Source of the DNA: a bacterium
GTDB taxonomy: Bacteria; Patescibacteriota; Minisyncoccia; Moranbacterales; UBA2206
Direction: 5' to 3'
DNA length: 64,000 bases
Assembly (NCBI GenBank): GCA_021788105.1
Contig: JAJYKZ010000002.1
Span: forward strand, 3,320-67,319
Below, piece by piece: positions 9,739 to 18,814 of this stretch (position 1 is its first letter; every line of letters starts with the position of its first letter). Below the pieces are notes generated by a model. That model worked only from the letters and a program-made list of their open reading frames with translations. It made no database searches and had not been told where the DNA came from. The translations under genes and the position numbers were made by a program.

Positions 9739-10206
9739 ATGTCGACAGATACTCCTTTTAATTTTTTAAATTTCATCGGGTTGTTTTTGCTTCTGGCCGG
9801 TTTTGTTGTCGGTCTGGGATCCGTTACGGTTATTGAATTCCACGGCCTCTTGGGCCGACGGTCTTCATATTGGACCGAAGCAACTATCCGCGCGCACAAA
9901 GTGACGAAGCCGCTCATCTGGGCGGGCGTTTTTCTGGCGATCGTTGGCGGTCTGATTTTTTATCGCCACGCGAATTTTGTCGGCATTCCGCTTGCGCATG
10001 CCTTGATTGCAATTATTCTTATTGCCAACGGTTATTATCTTTCTTTCAAAGTCAGTCCATTTTTGCTGGAACGGGAAAAGGAGGGCTGCGCCGGAGAAAC
10101 TCTGCCGGGCTTGTTGCAGAAAAAAATAACCCTGAGCTTTATCGTGTCTGATTTGGGCTGGTGGGGCGCGCTGGCCTTGCTGGTCATTTATTTGTTGCGC
10201 CATTGA
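9739..10206 (+). CDS. Four-TM hypothetical membrane protein
   Basis: Four hydrophobic segments, follows apbE. Confidence 0.7.
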   Translation: MSTDTPFNFLNFIGLFLLLAGFVVGLGSVTVIEFHGLLGRRSSYWTEATIRAHKVTKPLIWAGVFLAIVGGLIFYRHANFVGIPLAHALIAIILIANGYYLSFKVSPFLLEREKEGCAGETLPGLLQKKITLSFIVSDLGWWGALALLVIYLLRH

Positions 10207-10343
10207 GTTTTAAAAGATAATTCGGTTGTAGTAATAACAAGAGATATTTTAGAAATTAAATTAAAGAAATAAAGAAAGCGGGGTTTTGTAATAAAAATTA
10301 CGTTGTTAATAAATTAAAAATCAATCAAGAAGGAGGTGATTTT

Positions 10344-10721
10344 ATGGCTGATAGAACTCAATCTACAACTGCCAGCATTATAAACATCATATTGGGCGTA
10401 TGGCTGATTATTTCTCCGCTGGTTATAATTTTTCCCAATTCGGGACAAGCCACCAATGCGGTGATTGTGGGTATAATCGTTGCGGTTTTGTCCTTAATAC
10501 GGGCATTCACCCCGGAAACAACCGCGGGACTTAATTGGATTAATATTGTTTTGGGTGCGTGGCTTATAATTTCCCCTTTCTTGTTCGGAAGCAACATCAG
10601 TGTTCTTTGGAGCGACATCGTGTCGGGCATTCTCGTAATAGTTTTCAGCGGCTGGAGCGGATCGGCGGCGATGGTGCATGCCGGACATAAAGAGGACAAG
10701 GATAAAGAAGATAGAAAATAA
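10344..10721 (+). CDS. SPW-repeat membrane protein
   Basis: Two LGxWLIISP repeats; strong SD AAGGAGGTGA. Confidence 0.88.
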   Translation: MADRTQSTTASIINIILGVWLIISPLVIIFPNSGQATNAVIVGIIVAVLSLIRAFTPETTAGLNWINIVLGAWLIISPFLFGSNISVLWSDIVSGILVIVFSGWSGSAAMVHAGHKEDKDKEDRK

Positions 10722-10733
10722 TGAATTTAGAGA

Positions 10734-10770
10734 AACAAAAAGCCGGGCAGGAGGAACCCGGCCTTTTGTT
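10734..10770 (+). terminator. Intrinsic terminator, possibly bidirectional
   Basis: GCCGGG/CCCGGC stem flanked by AACAAAA and TTTTGTT. Confidence 0.65.
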
Positions 10771-10854
10771 GAAAAAAAACTTAAATATTTTTATTCCGCA
10801 AAAATTTTCAAAGTGATATAATAGAAATAATTAATAATTAAAATAATAAAAATT

Positions 10855-11253
10855 ATGAAGGGTTATGTGGCAAATATTGAAAAAGCGGCCGAAGAAAATG
10901 GCAATTTTCGCAAAGTTCTCTACACGGGAAAAAACAGCCAGCTGGTTCTGATGAGTCTTTTGCCAGAAGAGGAAATCGGCGAAGAGGTGCATGCGCTTGA
11001 CCAATTCATCCGCATCGAAAAAGGGATGGGCAAAGCAAGTCTGAACGGCGTAGAGCATGAGATTGCGGATGGCTTTGCCGTTGTCATTCCGGCCGGAACC
11101 AGGCACAACATCATTAATACTTCCGGCGACGAACCAATGAAACTTTATACGATTTATTCTCCGCCGGAACATCGCGATGGCGTGACGCACGCCACAAAAA
11201 ATGACGCGATGACGGACAAAACCGACGAGTTTGACGGCAAGACGACTGAATAA
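10855..11253 (+). CDS. Cupin domain protein
   Basis: QLVLMSL, IGEEVH..DQF, IPAGTRHN, LYTIYSPPEH. Confidence 0.92.
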   Translation: MKGYVANIEKAAEENGNFRKVLYTGKNSQLVLMSLLPEEEIGEEVHALDQFIRIEKGMGKASLNGVEHEIADGFAVVIPAGTRHNIINTSGDEPMKLYTIYSPPEHRDGVTHATKNDAMTDKTDEFDGKTTE

Positions 11254-11299
11254 AAGAGTCTTTGCTTTTTTGTCCGGCATATGGGAAAATAGATAAATT

Positions 11300-12496
11300 A
11301 TGTCCAGAAAAATTATTTTTATCGCTCTATTTTCTTTTATTTTGGCGCTTTTTGCGGCCGGCGTGATTTTTTATTCCGCAAGTAAAAATAATCCTGATCT
11401 TTCTTCGGAGAAAAAAAGTTCCACAGTATCCGATACTAAAAAAATAAATTCGCCTTCTTTGAATAGCGCGCCTTTTTTTGTGTCCGGCTGGATCCCGTAT
11501 TGGCGGAAAAGCGAAGGCGCGGATTCACTGAGTAACAATCTGAATCTTTTCAGCGAGCTCAATCCTTTCGCTTTCGGAGTTTCTTCTGATGGTGATCTCA
11601 TCGATACGGCAAAAATAAATTCGGCGCCCTGGCCGAAACTTTTTCGGGAAGCTAGAACGGAAAATGTGCGCATCGTACCGACGATCTTGTGGACCGATGC
11701 TTCCGCAATGCACGAAGTTTTTGCCAGCCCGGCATTACTAAATAAGCATGTCGATGCGATTGCCGGCATGCTTCAAGAAAATAATTTTTCGGGAGCAGAC
11801 ATTGATTATGAAGGAAAAAATATTTCTGATCGCGATAATTTTTCTCTGTTTCTCAAAGATCTCCACCAAAAATTACAACCTCTCGGCAAAAGTTTGAATT
11901 GCACGGTAGAAGCGCGTACCGATGATTTGCCGCCGGCCGGATGGACCGGCACGCGGGCGATGAGCTGGGCCAACGATTATCCGGCGCTCAATGAGTATTG
12001 TGACAGCGTGCGAATCATGGCTTACGACGAAGTTTTTCAAGTCTATCGGTCGCAGACATTTGAGAACGCGGCATCAAGTCCAACCGCGTCCAACGCGGAC
12101 AATCGATGGGTGGAACAAGTGATGCAATACGCGCTTCGCTATATTTCTCCGCAAAAATTGATCTTGGGAATCCCGACTTACGGCTGGGAATTTCGAGTTG
12201 TGAAAAATGCCGGCGGTTTTCGCTATACTAATATCGGCAGCATTAGCTATTCGGCGGCAATGGCCGAAGCGACGTCTGAAAAAGTCATTCCAAAAAGAAC
12301 GGACGGCGGAGAACTTTCTTTTGCGTATCAAACAAACGATGGCGAGCATTTGGTAACTTTTGAAGACGCGGAATCTATTCGGCAAAAAATTTCTATTGCG
12401 CAGAAACTGCGCCTTGGAGGAATAAGTTTGTTCAAGATCGACGGTTCGACTGATCCGCAATTTTTTTCCGCGCTAACCGGATTGGTTTCAAATTAG
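11300..12496 (+). CDS. Membrane-anchored GH18-family glycoside hydrolase
   Basis: GADIDYE catalytic DxDxE, IMAYD, KLILGIPTYG, LGGISLF. Confidence 0.88.
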   Translation: MSRKIIFIALFSFILALFAAGVIFYSASKNNPDLSSEKKSSTVSDTKKINSPSLNSAPFFVSGWIPYWRKSEGADSLSNNLNLFSELNPFAFGVSSDGDLIDTAKINSAPWPKLFREARTENVRIVPTILWTDASAMHEVFASPALLNKHVDAIAGMLQENNFSGADIDYEGKNISDRDNFSLFLKDLHQKLQPLGKSLNCTVEARTDDLPPAGWTGTRAMSWANDYPALNEYCDSVRIMAYDEVFQVYRSQTFENAASSPTASNADNRWVEQVMQYALRYISPQKLILGIPTYGWEFRVVKNAGGFRYTNIGSISYSAAMAEATSEKVIPKRTDGGELSFAYQTNDGEHLVTFEDAESIRQKISIAQKLRLGGISLFKIDGSTDPQFFSALTGLVSN

Positions 12497-12497
12497 G

Positions 12498-12736
12498 TCA
12501 GAAACTTTTAACTCGGTCGGTCGTTTTATTATAAAGCCAGAATGCCAAGAAATAGGAAATCAGGGTGGCGGGAATTCCGATGTAAATCCAGGCCGAGCCG
12601 AACATGGCGGAAATATTATTCAAAAAATGGAGGCCGACTGCGATAAGATAAAACGCACGCTGATAACCATTCCGGAAAACAGAAAAAACAAGTTTTCTTT
12701 CCAGTCCGGTCTGTGGAGCGTCGGATTTTCCATCAT
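12498..12736 (-). pseudogene. PrsW-like intramembrane metalloprotease remnant, internally deleted and frameshifted
   Basis: N-term MMENPTLHRPDWKENLFFLFSGMVISV joined out of frame to FYLIAVGLHFLNNISAMFG...KSF* (AxxLHxLxN motif). Confidence 0.55.
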
Positions 12737-12866
12737 TTTATATTCTTTAAGCTGCGTGAAAGATAATACAAGCGAAGGCAGCTTTACTTCAAAATCAATG
12801 CCGGCCATATTTCAATATTTGTCCGGTTTTTTTGTATTAAAATATTAAACCAATCGTATAAATGTT

Positions 12867-13976
12867 ATGACAAAGAAACATTTGCAGTTGGATCTGAAGT
12901 TTTCTGCCATAGACCACAGCGCCGATTATGCCGCCTTGAGCGGCGCGAAAAGGCTGCGCAGGCTTTATTCGGACTTGCGCCAAGAAGGGATTAAGTCGGT
13001 TCATTACGACTGGCATTGGAAAAGGATTGAGCCGGAACCGGGAAATTACAATCGCGTCCAGCTTGCGCGCTATAAAATGGCAAAGGATCAGATGAAAAAA
13101 GCGGGCTTGGAACCGCCAGCCATTATCCTTTCCAATCCGCCGCGCTGGGCAGTCAGACTTTATAAAAAAGACAAAGAAAAATTTTTTACGGCCTATAAAA
13201 AATATATCGAGGAAGTGCGAAAATATTTGGAAACCGATTTTGATTTCAAGATTGAAAAAATCCAAATTCTGAATGAATTGAATAATTTTGTTTACAACCC
13301 GATTGCCGCCGAAGACCTGCCCAAGCTTTGCCGCATAACCAGAAAAGTTTTTTTTGAATATAATCCCGACATTAAGCTTGCGGCATCGATGCTTGTCGGA
13401 AATTTGACGCCGGCTTTCCGGCTGGGCATCCGGATTGACAGCTATCTTAAAAAATTTGAAAAAATAAAAGACAACTTCGATATCATCAGCCTTAATTATT
13501 TTCCCGGTCTTTGGTATTGGCCGATCCGGGAAGCCGGATGGAAATATAAAAGCTGGTTTGGCCAGCTCGGGAAACTTCAGGAAGTTTTCAGAATAGTTTC
13601 TGGCTGGGGCTTCGACTATGAATTGGGCGAAGTGGGATTTCCAACTAACGGTTTTTGGGGGAACGAGGAAAAGCAAGTAAGATTTTACGAATCTTTTTTT
13701 GACGCATTGCGTCCGATGCTGGAAGATCTGAAAAATAACGGAGCGCGTCTGCCGTGCGAAATATGTTTTTTTGAAGCGTCCGATGAAGAGCCGGAAAATT
13801 GTTTCGGAAAAATTATCGGCAAAAATTTTTCTCCCGAATATAACTTCGGACTTTTCAGAAGCGATGGAAAAAGAAAATTGATTCTTCAGGAAACGCCAGA
13901 TCCGCCGGGCGAAAAAACAGTTTTGAAATCGAGACTGGGGAACATATTAAATCGATTTAAAAGCAAGGGCAATTAA
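12867..13976 (+). CDS. Clan GH-A glycoside hydrolase (TIM barrel), no signal peptide
   Basis: W.RIEPEPG.Y, ILNE acid/base, LNYFP, GEVGFP nucleophile, FGL. Confidence 0.78.
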   Translation: MTKKHLQLDLKFSAIDHSADYAALSGAKRLRRLYSDLRQEGIKSVHYDWHWKRIEPEPGNYNRVQLARYKMAKDQMKKAGLEPPAIILSNPPRWAVRLYKKDKEKFFTAYKKYIEEVRKYLETDFDFKIEKIQILNELNNFVYNPIAAEDLPKLCRITRKVFFEYNPDIKLAASMLVGNLTPAFRLGIRIDSYLKKFEKIKDNFDIISLNYFPGLWYWPIREAGWKYKSWFGQLGKLQEVFRIVSGWGFDYELGEVGFPTNGFWGNEEKQVRFYESFFDALRPMLEDLKNNGARLPCEICFFEASDEEPENCFGKIIGKNFSPEYNFGLFRSDGKRKLILQETPDPPGEKTVLKSRLGNILNRFKSKGN

Positions 13977-14033
13977 CTTGAATATTTCCAAATGCTTTCG
14001 TCATAACCGGAATTTTTTGACAGGTTTTTCAAA

Positions 14034-14080
14034 TTGACAAAAAGCAAAAAAACCCCTATTATAAAGGTGTTGCTTTAACA
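14034..14080 (+). promoter_or_regulatory. Sigma70-type promoter of rnpB with boxA-like element
   Basis: TTGACA-17 nt-TATTAT, then TGCTTTAACA at 14071-14080. Confidence 0.7.
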
Positions 14081-14092
14081 TTGAATTTAGGC

Positions 14093-14472
14093 TTTATCAA
14101 GGCAAATTAGGCAATCGCAGTCCCGCTCAGCGGGATTGAGGAAAGTCCGGACATTCAGTCTCGCTTGGCGGGACAAGGGTAGTGGGTAACGCCCATCCAG
14201 GGTAACTTGCGAGGTGCGAACAGAGACGCTGTGGCTGAGAAGACCACGGATCCCTTCGGGGATAGCTCCGGTGGAAACGCCGGAGGTGAAACGGCTAAAT
14301 CCTTACCTGAATGCAAGGCCGTGTCTAGCTCTCCCCTAGGAAGCGCTAGAAGTGCCGCTCGATCCTGCCAGTAATGACAGGACCAGATAAATGATTGCTT
14401 CAATTTTGTTTATGAGCAATTCGCTCAGACAATTTTGGCACAAAATCCGGCTTATAGGTTTGCTTTGATAAA
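14093..14472 (+). ncRNA. rnpB: RNase P RNA (bacterial type A-like)
   Basis: GAGGAAAGTCC at 14138 and AAATCCGGCTTA near 14443 (P4 halves); P1 TTTATCAAGGCAAATT pairs with GGTTTGCTTTGATAAA. Confidence 0.96.
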
Positions 14473-14496
14473 TCCTGGATTCAATTTTCATAAATT

Positions 14497-15912
14497 ATGA
14501 AAAGATCCGAATTATTTTTTAGCGCAATTCAGGTTCCTGTTGATTTTGTTATGATAGTCTTGGCGGCTGTGACCGCTTTTTCGGTTAGAAATGTGCCGGA
14601 AATTCTTGCTTTGAAACCTATTTTGTACAAATTTCCCTTCAGCATTTACATCAAAGTCGTTTTGGCAGTCGTTCCGCTGTTTCTGATAATCTATGCGCTT
14701 GAAGGACTTTATGACATCCGGGTTACCAGAAAATTTTGGAAAGAATCTCTCAAAGTTTTCAATGCCACTTCGATCGGACTGGTGGTCATAATTGTCGCCA
14801 TCTTTTTGCAGCGCGAGTGGTTCTCTTCGCGTTTTATTATTTTAAGCGCCTGGGGCTTGGCAGTCATTTATGTTGTTGTGGCAAGATATTTTCTTCAATT
14901 GGTGCAAAAAGGATTGTTGCGCGGACGGGGAATCGGCGTGCATCGCGTATTGCTTATCGGAAGAAATGGCAAGATGGATACGGTTTCTAAATTGATCAGG
15001 CATAATAAAAATTTGGGATACCGGGTCGTTGATCAGATTGAAACAGCTCATCTCAAAGTGATTAAAGGCATAAAGCAGGAAATGGGAATCGATGAGATGA
15101 TTTTATGCGAGCCGTCCGTTACGGATGACGAGCAGGAAAAACTGGTCGATTATTGCGCCATCAATAACATTGTCTATAAATATATTCCGACAACTCTTCA
15201 AACTTCGCGTTTCGAAGTCGGAGTTTTAAACGGAGAACCCCTGATTGAAGTGAAAAGCACTCCTCTAGACGGTTGGGGCAGAATTTTGAAAAGAATTTTC
15301 GATGTTTTGGTTTCGATTGCCGGGATTATCATTACTTCGCCGGTCATGCTGGGCGCTGCTTTGGCCATTTGGCTGGAAGACGACGGCCCGATCATCTATA
15401 AAAACGAACGGGTGGGAAACGACGGAAAAAAATTTTTCGTCTATAAATTCCGCTATATGAAATGGCAGTATTGCGTAACGAAAGAAAATCCCAATTTGGG
15501 AGAGGCGCTTAAATTTGAAAAAGAACTGATTGAAAAGCAGAGCGTTCGAAGGGGTCCGCTATATAAAATTAAAAACGATCCGCGCAAAACGCTTGTCGGA
15601 AGTTTTATTGAGAAATATTCCATCGACGAACTGCCGCAATTTTTCAACGTGCTTTTCGGATCGATGAGCTTGGTCGGTCCCCGGCCGCACCAGAAAAGGG
15701 AAGTGGAAAAATATATGGATTATCACCGGCGGCTTCTGACGATTAAGCCGGGCGTGACGGGAATGGCGCAAGTTTCCGGGCGGTCTGAATTGGATTTCGA
15801 AGACGAATACAAGCTGGATCTTTATTATATCGAAAATTGGTCTCTTTGGCTGGATATTCAGATTTGTTTGAAAACAATCGGCGTTTTGTTTCGCAAAAGG
15901 CAAAACTCGTAA
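14497..15912 (+). CDS. Polyprenyl-phosphate sugar phosphotransferase (WcaJ/WbaP family)
   Basis: N-terminal TMs; KRIFD, KFR.M, DELPQF.NV, MSLVGPRP, PGVTG.AQV, Y..NWSLWLD. Confidence 0.95.
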   Translation: MKRSELFFSAIQVPVDFVMIVLAAVTAFSVRNVPEILALKPILYKFPFSIYIKVVLAVVPLFLIIYALEGLYDIRVTRKFWKESLKVFNATSIGLVVIIVAIFLQREWFSSRFIILSAWGLAVIYVVVARYFLQLVQKGLLRGRGIGVHRVLLIGRNGKMDTVSKLIRHNKNLGYRVVDQIETAHLKVIKGIKQEMGIDEMILCEPSVTDDEQEKLVDYCAINNIVYKYIPTTLQTSRFEVGVLNGEPLIEVKSTPLDGWGRILKRIFDVLVSIAGIIITSPVMLGAALAIWLEDDGPIIYKNERVGNDGKKFFVYKFRYMKWQYCVTKENPNLGEALKFEKELIEKQSVRRGPLYKIKNDPRKTLVGSFIEKYSIDELPQFFNVLFGSMSLVGPRPHQKREVEKYMDYHRRLLTIKPGVTGMAQVSGRSELDFEDEYKLDLYYIENWSLWLDIQICLKTIGVLFRKRQNS

Positions 15913-15948
15913 AAAATAAATATGTGAAAAGGTTAAATAATTTATTTT

Positions 15949-16965
15949 ATGAATACACAAGAAATTATCAAAAAAATTGAGCAAAAAAGAGGTTCCAAGG
16001 TCATAACCTATGTAACCAGTGACCGCCAAGGTCCGGTTAATGCTCGGGTAGCAATGGATATTATTCCGATTATTAGCTCACAGTTGCGAAAAATAGGAAA
16101 ACAGGAAAAAATCGACCTGGTTTTGTATAGCGCCGGTGGCGACACCATGGTGCCTTGGCGCTTGGTTTCAATGATTCGTGAATATTGTGATAAGTTTTCA
16201 GTGATCATTCCTTACAAAGCTCACAGTGCCGCAACCATGATTTCACTCGGTGCTGATGAAATTGTAATGAGTGATATGTCCGAGCTTTCACCAATTGATC
16301 CGTCGACCTCAAACTTTTTCAATCCAGTCGATCCGCAAAATCCGCAGAATAGGATTCCAATTTCCGTGGAAGAAGTAATGAGCTATTTTGATCTGGCAAA
16401 AAATAAGTTTGGCATTAAAAGTGACGAAGACTTGACCAAGATTTTTAATAAGTTTGTGGAAAGCAACCCATCGATCCATCCTTTGGCGTTGGGCAATATT
16501 AACCGCACGCACAACCTGATCAAGATTTTGGCCAAAAGATTGCTCAAGAGCCACAAGGAACCGATGAAGGAGGATGAAGTGGAAAAAGTGATTGAATTTC
16601 TAACGGAAAAATTATATTCGCATCAATACTACATCGGACGCAAAGAAGCCAAAGAAGATTTGGGAATCAAGTCTGTGGTTCTTGCCGACAAGGAGCTTTC
16701 TGATCTGATGACGGAAATTTATGAGGAATACGCTAAAGAAATGAATATGCGGACAATCTGGAATCCGGAAATGGAATTCGCCAAAGGCCAGAACCAAGAA
16801 TACAAGATTGCCTTCGTGGAAAACGCTGAAGGCGGCAGTCATTTCGGAATCAATATGGAATTTAAAAAAGTCCAGCAAAACATCCCGCAACAAACGCAAG
16901 TAGGAATAATTAATATTCCACAGGAACAGATTGTGTGGAGGATTATTGGTCAAGGATGGAAATAA
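15949..16965 (+). CDS. SDH-family Clp-fold serine protease
   Basis: LYSAGG, AHSAATMISLGADEIVM (Ser), SPIDP (Asp), YSH (His). Confidence 0.88.
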   Translation: MNTQEIIKKIEQKRGSKVITYVTSDRQGPVNARVAMDIIPIISSQLRKIGKQEKIDLVLYSAGGDTMVPWRLVSMIREYCDKFSVIIPYKAHSAATMISLGADEIVMSDMSELSPIDPSTSNFFNPVDPQNPQNRIPISVEEVMSYFDLAKNKFGIKSDEDLTKIFNKFVESNPSIHPLALGNINRTHNLIKILAKRLLKSHKEPMKEDEVEKVIEFLTEKLYSHQYYIGRKEAKEDLGIKSVVLADKELSDLMTEIYEEYAKEMNMRTIWNPEMEFAKGQNQEYKIAFVENAEGGSHFGINMEFKKVQQNIPQQTQVGIINIPQEQIVWRIIGQGWK

Positions 16966-16969
16966 AAAT

Positions 16970-17659
16970 ATGGAATTTTTAGATACAAATACAAATTACT
17001 CAAATACAACTTATTACGCCGTTGATTCATCGGTTTATTTCTCTTTTCAAAGGGTAGATAAATTGGATTTGTTATTTTCTTTTTGTAAAGGAAATGCGGT
17101 CATAACTCCGAAAATCGAGGGAGAAATTTTTGGTCAAAGTATTTTTTCATATTCTTATGTCGGATTGTTTGAGCCATGGCTGCGAACTCCAAAAAAGAAC
17201 GATTCAACTTTGGTATGGGATAATTCGTATTTTAACAATATTACCTCAACCATATCTACTGATAAATATAGAAGTTCCTTTTATTTGGCTAATGTTGATT
17301 ATCATTCAATTACTTCAACGATAAATACTTCGTCTTGGCAATATGATTTTTCAAAACTTAAATCAGAGGCAGATAGAGAAATCGCCAGGTGGACAGTATT
17401 AAATTCCGGAAGTGTTTTATTGACCAATGATCAGCCAATCAGGACATTTTTCAAAAATTCTAAAATTAATGTTGTGGGAGCCATCGGCATTCTGATTGAG
17501 TTGGTTAAAAAGGGATTGCTAACGTTGCAAATAGCCGAGAGTATTTACAATAAATGGAGTGAAATTGATCCGGGATGTTGTAAATGGAAAAAAATAAACA
17601 AAGTTAGGCATCTTGTTGAATTTAATGAAATTTATCTAAGTTTTAATTTTCAAAAATAA
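16970..17659 (+). CDS. PIN-domain (DUF3368-like) putative RNase with S/T/N-rich insertion
   Basis: VDSS, IEGEI, EADREI, LLTND, VVGAIGILIELVKKG acidic PIN pattern. Confidence 0.7.
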   Translation: MEFLDTNTNYSNTTYYAVDSSVYFSFQRVDKLDLLFSFCKGNAVITPKIEGEIFGQSIFSYSYVGLFEPWLRTPKKNDSTLVWDNSYFNNITSTISTDKYRSSFYLANVDYHSITSTINTSSWQYDFSKLKSEADREIARWTVLNSGSVLLTNDQPIRTFFKNSKINVVGAIGILIELVKKGLLTLQIAESIYNKWSEIDPGCCKWKKINKVRHLVEFNEIYLSFNFQK

Positions 17660-17663
17660 ATTT

Positions 17664-18302
17664 ATGACAAAAGAAATTATACAAGTGCAGCTGGCGTGGT
17701 TTTTCGAAAGTGAATACAATGAAAGTTTCGAAAAAATATCATTTAAGCTGAAAGAGAAGATTGGCAATAGTGAGCAAACTCAATATATTCCAGTTCCAAA
17801 TGGCGCTCCCAGTGAATTGCCTAGACTCTTTCTGAAGTACAAAGATTTTAATTTAACTTTTTCAAAAACTCGTGCAGATATATATATATTAAAAAATCAC
17901 AAAGAAATATCAACTATTGAAAATATTAGAAAAATAACAGAGTTGATTATTGATGACTTGCATATAAAAGTTGTTCGAATAGGCTATGTGAAAAGTTTTT
18001 TTGTAGAAGAAACGCTCGAGTATGTAAAAAAAATGTTTAAAGAAGAAAAAATTGCAGGCTTAGATATAAAAGAAATTGGTTTTAATCTTAATGTTCCTAA
18101 GGAAATTGCAGGTATGAAATGTAATAATATAGAAAATTTAGCAATGGGAAACGCTACAAAAAATGGAGAAGTTAAAAACGGATTGATTATAAATCGTGAT
18201 GTTAATAACATTATCGGAGAAAAAAGTGATTTTGATAAAACTGATAAAGTAATTACCGCGATAATTGCATTTGATACAGAAGCGGATAATTTTCTAGTGT
18301 AA
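17664..18302 (+). CDS. Hypothetical protein, TIGR04255-like
   Basis: APSELPRL, FSKTRAD, VVRIGYV, INRDVN pattern; 4-nt gaps to both neighbours. Confidence 0.55.
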   Translation: MTKEIIQVQLAWFFESEYNESFEKISFKLKEKIGNSEQTQYIPVPNGAPSELPRLFLKYKDFNLTFSKTRADIYILKNHKEISTIENIRKITELIIDDLHIKVVRIGYVKSFFVEETLEYVKKMFKEEKIAGLDIKEIGFNLNVPKEIAGMKCNNIENLAMGNATKNGEVKNGLIINRDVNNIIGEKSDFDKTDKVITAIIAFDTEADNFLV

Positions 18303-18306
18303 TAAT

Positions 18307-18807
18307 ATGTCTGATGTCTTTATTTATAAAAGAACAGAATCCAGTACGGGAGCTTACTGGGAAAAAGAAAAGTATCAGGCCGAAGGGGCTGATCCTTTTA
18401 CGTACATAAGTCGTATATCTCAAATGGCGAAGGATATAGAAGAGGATTTTAAGAAGAAGTCTGAAAAAATTAAAGATGAAATCAAAACAAGCGAGGATAG
18501 GCTTAATAAAAAAATTGATGATAGTAAATTGAAAATCATTGAAACCCTTGGAATTTTTGTTGCATTATTTACTTTTGTTTCAATAGATTTTCAGGTTTTT
18601 CGAGCATATAAAAATCCATGGTCCATTGGTGGATTAATCCTTATTCTTTTAGGTTCTTTGACGATGTTTTTGATTCTATTGGATTATCTAATTATAAATA
18701 GTTATGCAAATAATAAAATAAAAAAGAAAATTCAATCAGAACTTTGGTTAGTAAATATTGTCTTTCTTGTCATTGGTTTTTTTCTGTTTATAATATCAAA
18801 AAAATAA
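18307..18807 (+). CDS. Coiled-coil plus 3-TM membrane protein
   Basis: Charged helical N-half, ETLGIFVALFTF and two further TMs. Confidence 0.75.
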   Translation: MSDVFIYKRTESSTGAYWEKEKYQAEGADPFTYISRISQMAKDIEEDFKKKSEKIKDEIKTSEDRLNKKIDDSKLKIIETLGIFVALFTFVSIDFQVFRAYKNPWSIGGLILILLGSLTMFLILLDYLIINSYANNKIKKKIQSELWLVNIVFLVIGFFLFIISKK

Positions 18808-18814
18808 ATTTTTT

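Noticed and set aside
14155..14403. 82-aa minus-strand ORF
   Set aside because: Lies within the RNase P RNA gene
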